Assembly: GCF_000014785.1 (NCBI RefSeq)
Contig: NC_008340.1
Span: forward strand, 1,620,001 to 1,652,000
Length of the DNA stretch: 32,000 bases
Direction: 5' to 3'
Origin: Alkalilimnicola ehrlichii MLHE-1
Lineage (GTDB): Bacteria > Pseudomonadota > Gammaproteobacteria > Nitrococcales > Halorhodospiraceae
Shown: in pieces, positions 1 through 10,344 of the stretch
Layout of the letters: the number at the start of each line of letters is the position of its first letter
Position numbering within the stretch: the first letter of the stretch is position 1
Program-made: the position numbers and the translations under genes
The notes under the pieces: model-generated
Seen by the model: only the letters and a program-made list of their open reading frames with translations
What the model was told of the DNA's origin: nothing
Databases searched by the model: none

Positions 1-777
1 GATGTTTCGTGGACGGTGGGTGACCCTGATCCCGAGTCCCGCCTGATCGAGGCCATGGGGCCAAAGACCCGCCTACTGGCGGTGAGCACGGTGCAGTACG
101 CCAGCGGTGAGCGGATGGACATCGCGCGCCTGGTCACCGCCTGCCGGGAGCGGGGGGTGCTCTGCTGCGTCGACGGGATCCAGAGCCTGGGGGCGCTGCC
201 CCTGGATGTGGCGGCGCTGGCGCCGGATTTTGTGGTGGCGGATGGGCACAAGTGGCTGCTGGGCCCGGAGGGGTTGGGTTTTATGTACGTCCGCCCGGAG
301 CTGATCGGCCAGCTCCAGCTCTATCAGTACGGCTGGCACATGGTGGAGCACGCGGGGGACTACGACCGTAGTGACTGGGCGCCGGCCGCCAGTGCCCGTC
401 GCTTCGAGTGCGGCAGCCCCAATATGCTCGGGGTGCACGCGCTGGTGGCCAGCGTCAGCCTGCTGCTGGAGGTGGGGCCGGACACGATCGCCGAGAACGT
501 GCTCGATAACACCCGCCACCTGATGGACTGGGTGGATCAACGGCCGGAACTGGAGCTGATCACGCCCCGGGAGGGGGGGCGCCACGCGGGCATCGTCACC
601 TTCCGGGCCCCGGGGGCGGATGCCCGTGCACTGTGGAAACGGCTCTCATCGGCGGGTGTGGTCGCCGCCCACCGCATGGGCGGCGTGCGTTTCTCGCCCC
701 ATTTTTACACCGAGCCAACCCGCCTGGAGTACGCCACCGAGCAACTCCTCGCCGCCCTGCCCCACTGCCGGGCTTGA
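1..777 (+). CDS. Class V aminotransferase (cysteine desulfurase / selenocysteine lyase-like), 5'-truncated by window edge
   Basis: Open frame runs from base 1 (DVSWTVGDPDPESRLIEAMG...) with the PLP-lysine region FVVADGHKWLLGPEGLGFMYVRPE; stop at 775-777. Confidence 0.88.
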   Translation, partial: DVSWTVGDPDPESRLIEAMGPKTRLLAVSTVQYASGERMDIARLVTACRERGVLCCVDGIQSLGALPLDVAALAPDFVVADGHKWLLGPEGLGFMYVRPELIGQLQLYQYGWHMVEHAGDYDRSDWAPAASARRFECGSPNMLGVHALVASVSLLLEVGPDTIAENVLDNTRHLMDWVDQRPELELITPREGGRHAGIVTFRAPGADARALWKRLSSAGVVAAHRMGGVRFSPHFYTEPTRLEYATEQLLAALPHCRA

Positions 778-803
778 GCGGGCGGGGCAGGCACCGCGAG
801 GCC

Positions 804-1166
804 TCACATGGTGTGGGTGGGGCGGTCCGACTCCAGGGCGCCGGCCAGGTACTCCTCAATCTTGCGGCGGGCGGCGCCGTTGTCCTTGTCGGAGAACTGC
901 ACCCCGACGCCGGCGGTGCGGTTGCCTTGGGCCCCCTGGGGGGTGATCCAGGCGATGCGCCCGACCACCGGGATCTTCTCCGACTCCTCCATGAGCGAGA
1001 GCAGCATGAAGACCTCGTCGCCGAGCTGGTAGCTTTTGCTGTTGGGCACGAAGAGGCCACCGTTTTTCAGGAACGGCATATAGGCGGCATAGAGGGCCGA
1101 CTTGTCCTTGATGGACAAGGACAGAATGCCGTGACGACTACGGGGCTTACGAGGTGTTTCCGCCAT
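804..1166 (-). CDS. pilZ: PilZ domain protein (type IV pilus assembly PilZ-like)
   Basis: 120 aa MAETPRKPRSRHGILSLSIKDKSALYAAYMPFLKNGGLFVPNSKSYQLGDEVFMLLSLMEESEKIPVVGRIAWITP...; located just downstream of holB as in many gammaproteobacteria. Confidence 0.88.
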   Translation of the reverse strand: MAETPRKPRSRHGILSLSIKDKSALYAAYMPFLKNGGLFVPNSKSYQLGDEVFMLLSLMEESEKIPVVGRIAWITPQGAQGNRTAGVGVQFSDKDNGAARRKIEEYLAGALESDRPTHTM

Positions 1167-1237
1167 ACGCTGCTCTCCTCCCTGCCGTTAGTCTCCCACG
1201 CCCGCCCCGGGATTGAAACCGGCGCAGGGCAGCGGCG

Positions 1238-2251
1238 TCAGACCGCTTCCAACCAACCCACCAGCAACGACTCCCTGACCAACTGCGGATTGAGCGGGTG
1301 GCCCTGGCGGTACTGGGCCTCGTGGACCGCCTCCAGGTGGCCGAGGACGGCGGTCGGGGTTGTCTCCGCCGCCAGCGCCCGGAGCGGGGCGGCGGGCGCA
1401 GCACGGCTCGCCTCCGCCCCCCCGGCCTGGAACCGGGCCAGTTCGGCGAGCAGGGTGGCCAACACATCCAGAAACACCGGAAGGTCCAGGTCGGCCCAGT
1501 CGCGGGCCAGCGCGATCGGGTCCTGGCGGCCCTGGTGCAGGGCGAGCAGATCCGCGGCGAGGCGATCCAATCGCTCGGGTAGCCCCGCCTCCTCCCAGGC
1601 CAGCCCCCGGAAGGGCGCCCCCCCGGCCAGCGCCAAGGTGCGCTCGGTGACGGTCAGCCCCTGGCCCCGCAACCCGCTCAAGGCCCTCTCCGCGGGCGGG
1701 ACCGGTATCGTCAGGTGGCGGCAGCGACTGCGGATGGTGGCGGGCAGTTGCGCCGGGCGTGAGCTCACCAATACCAGGAGAGTGGTGGCGGGCGGTTCCT
1801 CGAGGGTCTTCAGCAGGCTGTTGGCCGCATTGACGGTCAGGGTGTCCGCCGGATCGATCAGTGCGATCCGCCATCCACCGAACCGCGCACTCAGGTTGAG
1901 AAAGCGTCCGAGGGCACGCACCGCATCGACGGTAATCACCGCCCGCTCCTCGGGCGCCAAGTGGCGGAAATCCGGGTGCAGGCCCCGAGCCAGCGCGCGA
2001 CACGATTCACAACGCCCGCAGGCCCGGCCCCCCTCGCCCGGCTGGTGACAGAGCAAGGCACGCACCAGGTGGCCACCCAGCAGCGACTTACCGGTGCCCG
2101 CAGGCCCGGCCAGCAACAGCGCGTGTGGCAGCTGCCCGGACGCCGCCTGGCGCAACAGTTCCGAGAGCCTGTCGTCGAGCCACTCCGGCACCGATCCGGT
2201 CGGTGGGGTCCAAGCCGGTTCCGCCAGCTCGCTGGCTGGGGTATCCGCCAT
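1238..2251 (-). CDS. holB: DNA polymerase III subunit delta'
   Basis: MADTPASELAEPAW...QLPHALLLAGPAGTGKSLLGGHLVRALLC...CGRCESCRAL...HPDFRHL; the listed ORF to 2632 is over-extended. ATG at 2251 overlaps the tmk stop (TGATG). Confidence 0.93.
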   Translation of the reverse strand: MADTPASELAEPAWTPPTGSVPEWLDDRLSELLRQAASGQLPHALLLAGPAGTGKSLLGGHLVRALLCHQPGEGGRACGRCESCRALARGLHPDFRHLAPEERAVITVDAVRALGRFLNLSARFGGWRIALIDPADTLTVNAANSLLKTLEEPPATTLLVLVSSRPAQLPATIRSRCRHLTIPVPPAERALSGLRGQGLTVTERTLALAGGAPFRGLAWEEAGLPERLDRLAADLLALHQGRQDPIALARDWADLDLPVFLDVLATLLAELARFQAGGAEASRAAPAAPLRALAAETTPTAVLGHLEAVHEAQYRQGHPLNPQLVRESLLVGWLEAV

Positions 2252-2904
2252 CAGTGCGCCTCCGTGCCGCTGAGCCAGCGCGTGACCGCCGAGGCCAGGG
2301 CCTCCTCCAAGGCAGTTAACACGGCCTCCAGGGGTTGACCGGCATCCACCCGCCGGATGCGCTCGGGGAAGCGTTCTGCCAACGCCGCGTAACCTTCGTG
2401 CACGCGCTCGAAGAACCCGTCCCGCTCCTGCTCGAAGCGGTCGGGGGCCTCGCCCCGGCCGGCGGCGCGAGCCAGGCCGGTTTCCACCGGCACATCCAGC
2501 CAGAGTGTCAGGTCCGGGCGCAGCGCACCCTGGGTCCAGTCCTCCAATGCTGCAATCCGTTCGGCACCGAGACCCCGGCCCCAGCCCTGGTAGGCGTAAC
2601 TGGCGTCGGTGAAACGGTCGCAGACCACCCACTGGCCCCGCTCCAGGGCCGGCCAGATCCGTTTGTCCAGGTGCTCGGAGCGGGCCGCGAACATGAGTAA
2701 CGCCTCGGTGGCGGGGGCCATGGGCGGCTCCGACTGACCGAGCAGCAACGCCCGGATGCGTTCCCCCAACGGGGTGCCGCCGGGCTCCCTGGTCATCACC
2801 GCGTCGATCCCCTGCCGTTGCAGGTACTCCCGCACGCGGGTCAGGGCGGTGCTCTTACCCGCCCCTTCCAGCCCCTCCAGCGTGATAAAACGGCCCCGGG
2901 TCAT
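2251..2904 (-). CDS. tmk: Thymidylate kinase
   Basis: MTRGRFITLEGLEGAGKSTALTRVREYLQ...VMTREPGGTPLGERIR...VVCDRFTDASYAYQGWGRGL: P-loop and DR(F/Y) motifs. Confidence 0.97.
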   Translation of the reverse strand: MTRGRFITLEGLEGAGKSTALTRVREYLQRQGIDAVMTREPGGTPLGERIRALLLGQSEPPMAPATEALLMFAARSEHLDKRIWPALERGQWVVCDRFTDASYAYQGWGRGLGAERIAALEDWTQGALRPDLTLWLDVPVETGLARAAGRGEAPDRFEQERDGFFERVHEGYAALAERFPERIRRVDAGQPLEAVLTALEEALASAVTRWLSGTEAH

Positions 2905-3917
2905 TCGCCCTCCCCCAGAATGTAGCGGCGCACGGCACGGTTGTGTTCCGCCAGGGTGCGGGAGAATTGGTGGCTGCCGTCGCCGCGCGAGACGAAGTAG
3001 AGGTAGTCGTGGTCCGCCGGGTTCACGGCCGCGCGGATCGAGGCGCTGCCGGGCATGGCAATGGGCGTCGGGGGCAGGCCGTGGCGGGTGTAGGTGTTAT
3101 AAGGCGTGTCCCGGCGCAGATCGGCGCTGCGTATGCGCCCGTCATAGGCCTCACCCATGCCGTAGATGACCGTCGGGTCGGTCTGCAGGCGCATGCCCTT
3201 TTCCAGCCGCCGGGTGAAGACGCCGGCCACCTTCGCCCGCTCCCCGTCCCGCCCGGTCTCGCGCTCGATGATGGAGGCCAGAATCAGCGCCTCGTAGGGC
3301 GTCTCCAGGGGCAGTCCGTCGGCCCGCGCCGCCCACTCCTCCTCCAGGCGGCGCTCCATGCGGCGCATGGCGCGGGCCAGCAGGTCACGGTCGGTGGTCC
3401 CGCGGGGGAAGGTGTAGGTACTGGGGTAGAACCAGCCCTCCGGGTGACGATCCGGCTTGCCCAGCTCGGCCATCACCCCCTCATCGTCCAGCCCCTTAAG
3501 GGTCTGCTCCAGGGCCGGGTGGGCTTCGATGAGACGCCGCATCTGGCGGAAGGTGAGGCCCTCGACCACGGTGATGCGGTGCTGGACGACCTCGCCTCGG
3601 GCGAACCGCTCCAGGGCATCCAGCACGCTGATGCCCGGCTCCAGGGCGTACTCGCCCGCCTGGACCCGGGCGTCGTCGCCGGTATAGCGGGCGTACAGCC
3701 GCAGGGCCAGGCCATCCTCGAAGGCCGTCTCCCGCTCCAGCCGCTCAACCACTTGGCGGAAGGAGGCGCCCCGGGGGATCTCGATGACCACCGACTCCCC
3801 GTCCGCTGTGATAGGCGCAGTGAGCCGGTCCCAGGCCTGCCAGGCCCAGGCACCGACCGCCAGGGCGGCCATCACCAAGAGCAGCGTCGTCAGCAGCGTG
3901 AGACGGGCCCAGTTCAT
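2901..3917 (-). CDS. mltG: Endolytic transglycosylase MltG (YceG-like)
   Basis: MNWARLTLLTTLLLVMAALAVGAW membrane anchor, LILASIIERETG, GVFTRRLEKGMRLQTDPTVIYGMG, YNTYTRHGLPPTPIAMPGSASIRAA. Start set at 3917 rather than the listed 4004. Confidence 0.95.
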   Translation of the reverse strand: MNWARLTLLTTLLLVMAALAVGAWAWQAWDRLTAPITADGESVVIEIPRGASFRQVVERLERETAFEDGLALRLYARYTGDDARVQAGEYALEPGISVLDALERFARGEVVQHRITVVEGLTFRQMRRLIEAHPALEQTLKGLDDEGVMAELGKPDRHPEGWFYPSTYTFPRGTTDRDLLARAMRRMERRLEEEWAARADGLPLETPYEALILASIIERETGRDGERAKVAGVFTRRLEKGMRLQTDPTVIYGMGEAYDGRIRSADLRRDTPYNTYTRHGLPPTPIAMPGSASIRAAVNPADHDYLYFVSRGDGSHQFSRTLAEHNRAVRRYILGEGE

Positions 3918-4771
3918 GCTTCGCCCCGCCCCGGACCGGGGACGACGCCCTGAGCGCACAGCGCCTGCTGCAGCCGCCGGGTGACGGGGCCCGGGGCGGC
4001 CCATACGGTCCCGTCCGACAGGCCCCGCACCGGCCAGATGCCGGCCAGCGAATTGCTCACAAACACCTCGTCCATCCCTCTCAGGGCATTCGGATCCACC
4101 GGTGTCACTTCGTAGGGGATCTGCAATTCATCCGATAACAACATGATATTACGACGCATAACCCCGGCGACACCACAATCGTCCAGGGGCGGGGTGATCA
4201 GGGTCTCGCCGGCCACGCCGAACAGGTTGCTGGCCGTGCCTTCGATCAGCCACCCCTCTCCATCGCGGACCAGGCCCTCCGCCCAGCGCTCGTCGCTCCA
4301 TTCACTCCGGGCCAGGACCTGCTCCAGGCGGTTGAGGTGTTTGAGGCCGGCCAACAGCGGCTGGCGGGCCAGCCGAGTTTGACACAGAAACAGCTCGATG
4401 CCATTGCGCCAGTGCGTCTCAGGCCAGTCCGGCCAGGGGTGGAGGGTGAGGATGCGGGTGCCCTCGGGCTCAGCGGGTGGGGCATACCCCCGGCCGCCGC
4501 TGCCGCGGGTGTAGAGCAGCTTGAGCAGCCCATGCCCGGTGGGCTGCTGCCGGCAGAGGGCGCGGGCCTCGCGCCAGAGCGGCTCCGCCGGAGGCTCCGG
4601 CAGCTGCAACCGGGCGCAGCCAGCACGTAGCCGGTCCAGGTGCGCCTCCCAAAGGCGGGGCCGGCCGGCCACCACAGCGATGGTCTCGAACAGGCCATCG
4701 CCGTAGGCCAGGCCCCGATCGTTCACGGCAATCCGGTCGCAGGGAACGCCGTTGACCCAGGTGACCGCCAT
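3914..4771 (-). CDS. pabC: Aminodeoxychorismate lyase (class IV PLP enzyme)
   Basis: 285 aa MAVTWVNGVPCDRIAVNDRGLAYGDGLFETI...LLKLLYTRGSGGRGY...IEGTASNLFGV; ATG at 4771; 4-nt overlap with mltG. Confidence 0.93.
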   Translation of the reverse strand: MAVTWVNGVPCDRIAVNDRGLAYGDGLFETIAVVAGRPRLWEAHLDRLRAGCARLQLPEPPAEPLWREARALCRQQPTGHGLLKLLYTRGSGGRGYAPPAEPEGTRILTLHPWPDWPETHWRNGIELFLCQTRLARQPLLAGLKHLNRLEQVLARSEWSDERWAEGLVRDGEGWLIEGTASNLFGVAGETLITPPLDDCGVAGVMRRNIMLLSDELQIPYEVTPVDPNALRGMDEVFVSNSLAGIWPVRGLSDGTVWAAPGPVTRRLQQALCAQGVVPGPGRGEA

Positions 4772-4785
4772 GGCCGGTCCGCGGC

Positions 4786-6024
4786 CTAGACGCGCCGGAA
4801 GACCAGACTGCCGTTGGTCCCGCCGAAACCGAAGGAGTTGGACAGGGCCACATTCATGGTCAGGTCCCGGGCCTCATTGGGCACGAAGTCCAGCCGGCAG
4901 TCCGGGTCCGGCTCCTCGTAATTGATCGTTGGTGGCGCCACCTGATCGCGCAAGGCGAGCAGTGAGAAGATCGCCTCCACCCCGCCGGCGGCGCCGAGCA
5001 GGTGGCCGGTCATGGACTTGGTGGAACTCATCGCCAGGCGATCGGCGTGGTCCCCGAAGGCGGTGCGCACGGCCTCCACCTCAACGCGGTCACCGGCCGG
5101 TGTGGAGGTGCCGTGGGCATTGATGTAGTCCACCTGATCGGGCGTGATGTGCGCATCCCGCAGCGCATGCACCATGCACCGACGGGCGCCGTCGCCCCCC
5201 TCCGCCGGCAAGGTGATGTGATAGGCGTCGCCGCTCATGCCAAAGCCAGCCAGTTCGCCGTAAATGGTCGCACCGCGGCGCTTGGCCGCCTCCATCTCCT
5301 CGAGCACCACGATGCCGGCGCCCTCGCCCAGGACGAAGCCGTCCCGTCCCTTTTCAAAGGGGCGGCTGGCCTGAGCGGGCTCGTCATTGCGGTTGGAGAG
5401 CGCCCGGGCGGCGGCAAAGCCCGCCAGCCCCAGGGGCGAGATGGGCATCTCGGAGCCGCCCGCCAGCATGGCGTCCACATCACCATAGGCGATGGCGCGG
5501 GCCGCCTGGCCGATGTTATGGGTGCCCGCGGCGCAGGCGGTGACCGTGGCCAGGTTAGGCCCCTTAAGGCCGTAGCGGATCGAGAGGTGGCCCGAGGCCA
5601 TGTTGATGATGCTGCTGGGGACGAAGAAAGGCGAGATGCGGCGGGCACCGCTCCGGTTCAGCACGGCCATGTTGGCCTCGATCCCGCTGATGCCACCAAT
5701 GCCTGAACCGATGGACACCCCAATGCGGTCCGCGTTCTCGTCGCTGACGGCCAGGCCGGAGTCCTCCATGGCCTGCACACCGGCGGCAATCGCATAGTGG
5801 ATGAAGGGGTCCATCTTGCGAGCTTCCTTGGGCGACAGGTACCGGCCGACGTCGAAGCCCTGAAGCATGGCCGCGAACTGTACCGGGAACTCACTGGCAT
5901 CGAAGCGGTCGATGCTGCGGGCAGCGGACCGGCCGGCCAGGATGTTTTCCCAGGCCTCATCTACGGTATTGCCCTGCGGGCACACCAGACCCAGCCCGGT
6001 AACTGCTACTCGACGTTTGGACAC
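4786..6024 (-). CDS. fabF: Beta-ketoacyl-ACP synthase II
   Basis: [29 protein letters not shown]...[13 protein letters not shown]...[12 protein letters not shown]...[14 protein letters not shown]...[14 protein letters not shown]. Probable GTG start at 6024; the listed ORF starts at 6078. Confidence 0.95.
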   Translation of the reverse strand: MSKRRVAVTGLGLVCPQGNTVDEAWENILAGRSAARSIDRFDASEFPVQFAAMLQGFDVGRYLSPKEARKMDPFIHYAIAAGVQAMEDSGLAVSDENADRIGVSIGSGIGGISGIEANMAVLNRSGARRISPFFVPSSIINMASGHLSIRYGLKGPNLATVTACAAGTHNIGQAARAIAYGDVDAMLAGGSEMPISPLGLAGFAAARALSNRNDEPAQASRPFEKGRDGFVLGEGAGIVVLEEMEAAKRRGATIYGELAGFGMSGDAYHITLPAEGGDGARRCMVHALRDAHITPDQVDYINAHGTSTPAGDRVEVEAVRTAFGDHADRLAMSSTKSMTGHLLGAAGGVEAIFSLLALRDQVAPPTINYEEPDPDCRLDFVPNEARDLTMNVALSNSFGFGGTNGSLVFRRV

Positions 6025-6076
6025 GTTTGCACCCCTCAAGCCTGTCAGCCGCGCCGGGCCCCGACGGGGGCGGCAC

Positions 6077-6108
6077 AAAAAATCAGGGCCGGCGCTTGGC
6101 CGGCCCTG
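6077..6108 (-). terminator. Intrinsic (rho-independent) terminator downstream of acpP
   Basis: Minus-strand RNA reads CAGGGCCGGC-CAAGC-GCCGGCCCTG-A-TTTTTT: perfect 10-bp GC-rich stem, 5-nt loop and a six-T tract, 38 nt below the acpP stop. Confidence 0.85.
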
Positions 6109-6145
6109 GGGCGCCGATCACGACTGAAGCCAGCCTGGGCCCGGT

Positions 6146-6385
6146 TTAGGAGCCCAGATGCTTGTTGATGTAGTCGACCGCCTGTTGAACGGTGGTGATC
6201 TTCTCAGCTTCTTCGTCAGGAATTTCGCACTCGAACTCCTCCTCGAGCGCCATGACCAGTTCCACGGTATCCAGCGAGTCAGCGCCAAGATCGTCGACAA
6301 AGGAGGCCTCACCGCTCACCTCTTCCTCTTTGACCCCAAGCTGCTCGACGACGATTTTCTTAACGCGTTCTTCGATGCTGCTCAT
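6146..6385 (-). CDS. acpP: Acyl carrier protein
   Basis: 79 aa [51 protein letters not shown]...: phosphopantetheine site DSL. Confidence 0.99.
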   Translation of the reverse strand: MSSIEERVKKIVVEQLGVKEEEVSGEASFVDDLGADSLDTVELVMALEEEFECEIPDEEAEKITTVQQAVDYINKHLGS

Positions 6386-6440
6386 TTTGATGCGTCCTCC
6401 GAAAGGGTTTCCTGGCGCAGTCGCTTGGCTGCGGGCCGGT

Positions 6441-6470
6441 ATTGTATGTGAACTCCACCGGCCGTGCCAC
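6441..6470 (-). promoter_or_regulatory. Candidate sigma-70 promoter for acpP
   Basis: Minus strand GTGGCA (6465-6470), 18-nt spacer, TACAAT (6441-6446), upstream of the acpP ATG at 6385. Confidence 0.45.
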
Positions 6471-6513
6471 CAGCCACGACCACGCGCACGCTAACACAAA
6501 CCAAAGCGAATCG

Positions 6514-7269
6514 TTAGCCCATATACATGCCGCCGTTGACATGCAGGGTGCTACCGGTGATGTAACCGGCCGCCGGTGTGGCCAGAAAGCCCACGGTGGC
6601 GGCAATGTCCTCGGGTTGGCCCAGGCGCTCCAGCGCGATCTGGCCCACCAGGGCCTCACGCTGCGCCTCGGGCATCTCCCGAGTCATGTCGGTTTCGATA
6701 AAGCCCGGTGCCACGGTGTTCACCGTGATCCCGCGGCTGCCCAGCTCACGGGCCAGGGAGCGGGTCAGGCCCTCCAAGCCCGCCTTGGCGGCGCAGTAGT
6801 TGGCCTGACCGGCGTTACCCGCAGACGCCACCACCGAACCGATGTTGATGATCCGGCCCTGGCGGGCCTTCATCATGCCGCGCATGCAGGCCTTTACCAT
6901 CCGGAAAGCGGAGCTGAGGTTGGTGTCGAGGATCCGACTCCAGTCCTCCTCCTTCATGCGCATCATCAGGTTGTCGCGGGTGATGCCGGCGTTGTTCACC
7001 AGCACCGTCGGGGCGCCGAAGTCGGCGCCGATGGCCTTGACCACCTCGGCCACCTGGTCGGGATCGGTCACGTCCAACACCCGGCCGCCCCCGGCGATGC
7101 CCTGGGCGCTCAGGGTCTCACCGATGCGCTCGGCGCCCTTCTCGGAGGTGGCGGTGCCCACCACCGTTGCACCCATGGCGCCCAGTTGGAGCGCGATGGC
7201 GCGGCCGATTCCGCGGGTGGCCCCGGTGACCAGGGCCACCTGATTCTCCAGCGCCTGATTGCTGAACAT
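6514..7269 (-). CDS. fabG: 3-oxoacyl-ACP reductase
   Basis: MFSNQALENQVALVTGATRGIGRAIALQLG...VLVNNAGITRDNLMMRM...GNAGQANYCAAKAG...ETDMTREM...YITGSTLHVNGGMYM. Confidence 0.98.
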   Translation of the reverse strand: MFSNQALENQVALVTGATRGIGRAIALQLGAMGATVVGTATSEKGAERIGETLSAQGIAGGGRVLDVTDPDQVAEVVKAIGADFGAPTVLVNNAGITRDNLMMRMKEEDWSRILDTNLSSAFRMVKACMRGMMKARQGRIINIGSVVASAGNAGQANYCAAKAGLEGLTRSLARELGSRGITVNTVAPGFIETDMTREMPEAQREALVGQIALERLGQPEDIAATVGFLATPAAGYITGSTLHVNGGMYMG

Positions 7270-7290
7270 GGCTGAAAAGCTCCTTGTTAG

Positions 7291-8235
7291 TTATTGACTT
7301 GCCTTGGCCTTTTCCAGGCTCTTCGCATCCGCAAGGGCCACGACGGGCAGGCGACGCTGAATCCGCCGGTTGAGGCCGGCAAGGACCTTGCCCGGGCCGC
7401 ATTCCACCACCTGGGTGACACCCTGATCCACCAAGGCGTGGATGGTCTCCACCCAGCGGACGGGGTTGTGCAGTTGGGCGATCAGCCGCTCGCGGATTGC
7501 ATTCGGGTCACTTGCGGTCTGGACGTCCACGTTGTGCACGACGGGGATGGCCGGTGCTTCCAGGGGGATATCGGCCAGCACCTCGGCCAGGCGCTCGGCC
7601 GCCGGCTTCATCAGGGCGCAGTGGGAGGGAACGCTCACCGGGAGGGGCATCACCTTCTTGGCCCCGGCGGACTCGCAGGCCGCCATGGCCCGCTCCACCG
7701 CAGCTCGGGCGCCCGCTATAACGACTTGACCGGGGGCATTGAAGTTGACCGCCGAGACCACCTCGTCCCCGGCGGCCGCGGCGCAGGCGTCGATAACCGC
7801 CTGATCGTTCAGGCCCAGGACCGCCGCCATGGCGCCCTGCCCGGCCGGAACCGCCTCCTGCATAAAGCGGCCGCGCTGAGCGACCAGGCGCACCGCATCC
7901 TGGAAGCCCAGGGCGCCGGCGCAGACCAGGGCGGTGTACTCGCCGAGACTGTGCCCGGCCAACACCGTCGGCTCGGCACCGCCCTCCGAGCGCCAGGCCC
8001 GCCAGGTGGCGACCCCGGCGGCCAGCATGGCCGGCTGCGTGTAGTCGGTGCGGTTAAGGGTGTCTTCCGGGCCGTTGCGGACCAGGTCCCAGAGATCGGC
8101 GCCGAGGGCATCCCCGGCCTCCCGGAAGGTCTGTTCCACGACGGGGCTGGCCGAGGCCAGATCGTCCATCATGCCGACGGACTGGGACCCCTGGCCGGGG
8201 AAGACAAAGGCGAGCTTGGTGTCGTTATCGCTCAT
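7291..8235 (-). CDS. fabD: Malonyl-CoA:ACP transacylase
   Basis: MSDNDTKLAFVFPGQGSQSVGMM...VLAGHSLGEYTALVCAGAL...QEAVPAGQGAMAAVLGL...SVPSHCALM: GQGSQ and GHSLGE motifs. Confidence 0.98.
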   Translation of the reverse strand: MSDNDTKLAFVFPGQGSQSVGMMDDLASASPVVEQTFREAGDALGADLWDLVRNGPEDTLNRTDYTQPAMLAAGVATWRAWRSEGGAEPTVLAGHSLGEYTALVCAGALGFQDAVRLVAQRGRFMQEAVPAGQGAMAAVLGLNDQAVIDACAAAAGDEVVSAVNFNAPGQVVIAGARAAVERAMAACESAGAKKVMPLPVSVPSHCALMKPAAERLAEVLADIPLEAPAIPVVHNVDVQTASDPNAIRERLIAQLHNPVRWVETIHALVDQGVTQVVECGPGKVLAGLNRRIQRRLPVVALADAKSLEKAKASQ

Positions 8236-8333
8236 GATCCGTTGTGCCGTGTCTATGCCGTGAGGATTGCGTATCCAATCGATTCCGCGGAGCGGTTTGC
8301 CCGGCCGCGATCGCCCGCGGCCGGGCTTGCCCC

Positions 8334-9305
8334 TTAGTACCGGATCAGGGCGGAGCCCCAGGTAAAGCCGCCACCGAAGGCCTCCAGCAGGAGCAAATCG
8401 CCCCGCTTGATCCGGCCGTCACGGATGGCCGTGTCCAAGGCCATGGGGATGGAGGCCGCCGAGGTGTTGCCCTGCTTGTCCACGGTGACCACCACCCGCT
8501 CCATGGGCATCTCCAGCTTGCGGGCAGTGGCCTGGATGATCCGGATGTTGGCCTGGTGGGGCACCAGCCAGTCGATGTCGCGCTTCTCCAGCCCGTTGGC
8601 GGCGAGGCTCTCATCGACAATACGGCTGAGGGTGCGCACCGCAACCTTGAAGACCTCGTTGCCCTGCATGGTGATGTAGGGCCCCAGGGCGTCGCGCTTC
8701 TCATACCCCTGCCCCGGCCCCCACGGCACCCCGAGGAGGTCCTGATAGCGCCCGTCCGAGTGCAGATGGGTGGAGAGAATGCCCGGTTCCTCACTGCGGT
8801 CCAGGACGACGGCGCCGGCCCCGTCACCGAACAGCACACAGGTGGCGCGATCGTTCCAGTCCAGGATCCGGGTCATGGTCTCGGCGCCGATCACCAGGGC
8901 GCGGCGCACGGCACCGGTCCGGAAGAACTGATCGGCGACACCGAGGCCATAGACGAAACCGGAGCAGGCGGCGGACAGGTCGAAGGCCAGCGACCCGTGC
9001 CGCATCCCCAGCCGCTCCTGCAGCAGGCAGGCGGTGCTGGGGAAGACCCGATCGGGGGTGCAGGTGCCGACGATCACCAGATCGATGCTGCTCAGCGAGA
9101 CATCGGCCGCCTCCAGGGCACGCCGGGCGGCCTCCTCGGCCAAGTCACCGCAGGTTTGATCCGGCGCCACGCGGCGGCGCTCGGTGATACCGGTGCGCTC
9201 GCGGATCCACTCATCGGAGGTGTCGATGAGCCGCTCGAGATCGTGATTGGTAATCACTTCGTCCGGCAGGTAGCTGCCGGTGCCGATGATACGCGCGTAG
9301 CTCAC
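8334..9305 (-). CDS. fabH: Beta-ketoacyl-ACP synthase III
   Basis: [24 protein letters not shown]...[14 protein letters not shown]...[14 protein letters not shown]...[14 protein letters not shown]...[12 protein letters not shown]. Confidence 0.98.
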   Translation of the reverse strand: MSYARIIGTGSYLPDEVITNHDLERLIDTSDEWIRERTGITERRRVAPDQTCGDLAEEAARRALEAADVSLSSIDLVIVGTCTPDRVFPSTACLLQERLGMRHGSLAFDLSAACSGFVYGLGVADQFFRTGAVRRALVIGAETMTRILDWNDRATCVLFGDGAGAVVLDRSEEPGILSTHLHSDGRYQDLLGVPWGPGQGYEKRDALGPYITMQGNEVFKVAVRTLSRIVDESLAANGLEKRDIDWLVPHQANIRIIQATARKLEMPMERVVVTVDKQGNTSAASIPMALDTAIRDGRIKRGDLLLLEAFGGGFTWGSALIRY

Positions 9306-10330
9306 GGAGACTCCTTCGCGGCCAACAGGCTCTCAAGGCGCTGATCGATCATGCGCGGAACCCCTTTGCGCACCTCGAGCACCGCCGTTTCGATGGCGCG
9401 GCCGAAGGCGAAGGCGTCGGCGCCACCATGACTCTTGAGCACGATACCACGCAATCCGAGCAGGCTGGCGCCATTGTACTGGCGCGGGTCGATCCGACCG
9501 CGCAGGGAGCGCAGCACCGGCAGTGCGATCAGCCCCGCCAGCCGGGTGAAGAGATTGCGCTGGAACTCGGCCCGCAGGTAGTGGGCGATCAGTCCCGCCA
9601 CACCCTCGCTGCTCTTCAGGGCGACGTTTCCGACGAAGCCGTCGCAGACGACGACATCGGCCAGACCTTTGAAGATCCCGTCCCCCTCCACGTACCCGAC
9701 GTAGTTCAGGGGGGAGTCGGTGAGCATCTGACAGGCCCGTTTTACCTGGTCATTGCCCTTGATCTCCTCCTCACCGATATTCAACAGCCCCACCCGCGGC
9801 TGCGCCACGCCGTCGATGGCCTCGGCACAGACCGAACCCATCACGGCGAACTGAAACAGATGCTCCGCCGTGCAATCGACGTTGGCACCCAGGTCGAGCA
9901 TGTGGGCGTACCCGCCCTTGGTGGGGATGGTGCTCATGATCGCCGGTCGATCGATGCCCGGCAGCGTCTTGAGCACATAACGGGCCGTGGCCATGAGGGC
10001 GCCGGTGTTGCCGGCACTGATACTGGCGTCCGCCTCACCCTGCTTGACCAATTGGATGCTGACCCGCATGGAGGAGTCTTTTTTGGTCCGCAGCGCCTGC
10101 GAGGGCGGCTCATCCATCGCAACCACCTCGCTGGCGGGATGGACCCACAGCCGCTCGCTCTCCTGTCCGCCATGCCGTTGCAACGCCTGGCGCACCGGTT
10201 CGGCCTGACCGACCAGTATCAGACGCAGCGCCGGGTTACGCGCCAGCGCCGCCAGCGCAGCGGGAGCCACCACGTCGGGGCCATGATCGCCACCCATGGC
10301 GTCCAGGCTGATAGTAACCGACTCAGTCAT
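9302..10330 (-). CDS. plsX: Phosphate acyltransferase PlsX
   Basis: [26 protein letters not shown]...[29 protein letters not shown]...[10 protein letters not shown]...[10 protein letters not shown]. Confidence 0.98.
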   Translation of the reverse strand: MTESVTISLDAMGGDHGPDVVAPAALAALARNPALRLILVGQAEPVRQALQRHGGQESERLWVHPASEVVAMDEPPSQALRTKKDSSMRVSIQLVKQGEADASISAGNTGALMATARYVLKTLPGIDRPAIMSTIPTKGGYAHMLDLGANVDCTAEHLFQFAVMGSVCAEAIDGVAQPRVGLLNIGEEEIKGNDQVKRACQMLTDSPLNYVGYVEGDGIFKGLADVVVCDGFVGNVALKSSEGVAGLIAHYLRAEFQRNLFTRLAGLIALPVLRSLRGRIDPRQYNGASLLGLRGIVLKSHGGADAFAFGRAIETAVLEVRKGVPRMIDQRLESLLAAKESP

Positions 10331-10344
10331 GCCCCTGGCCCATG

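Noticed and set aside
1188-2003. 271-aa minus-strand ORF inside holB, and the upstream extension of holB to 2632
   Set aside because: The extension reads through tmk in the wrong frame. The real holB start is the ATG at 2251 overlapping the tmk stop.
2943-3953. 336-aa plus-strand ORF antisense to mltG
   Set aside because: Antisense GC artefact; mltG motifs are clear on the minus strand.
8244-9344. 366-aa plus-strand ORF antisense to fabH
   Set aside because: Antisense shadow of a well-supported fabH gene.
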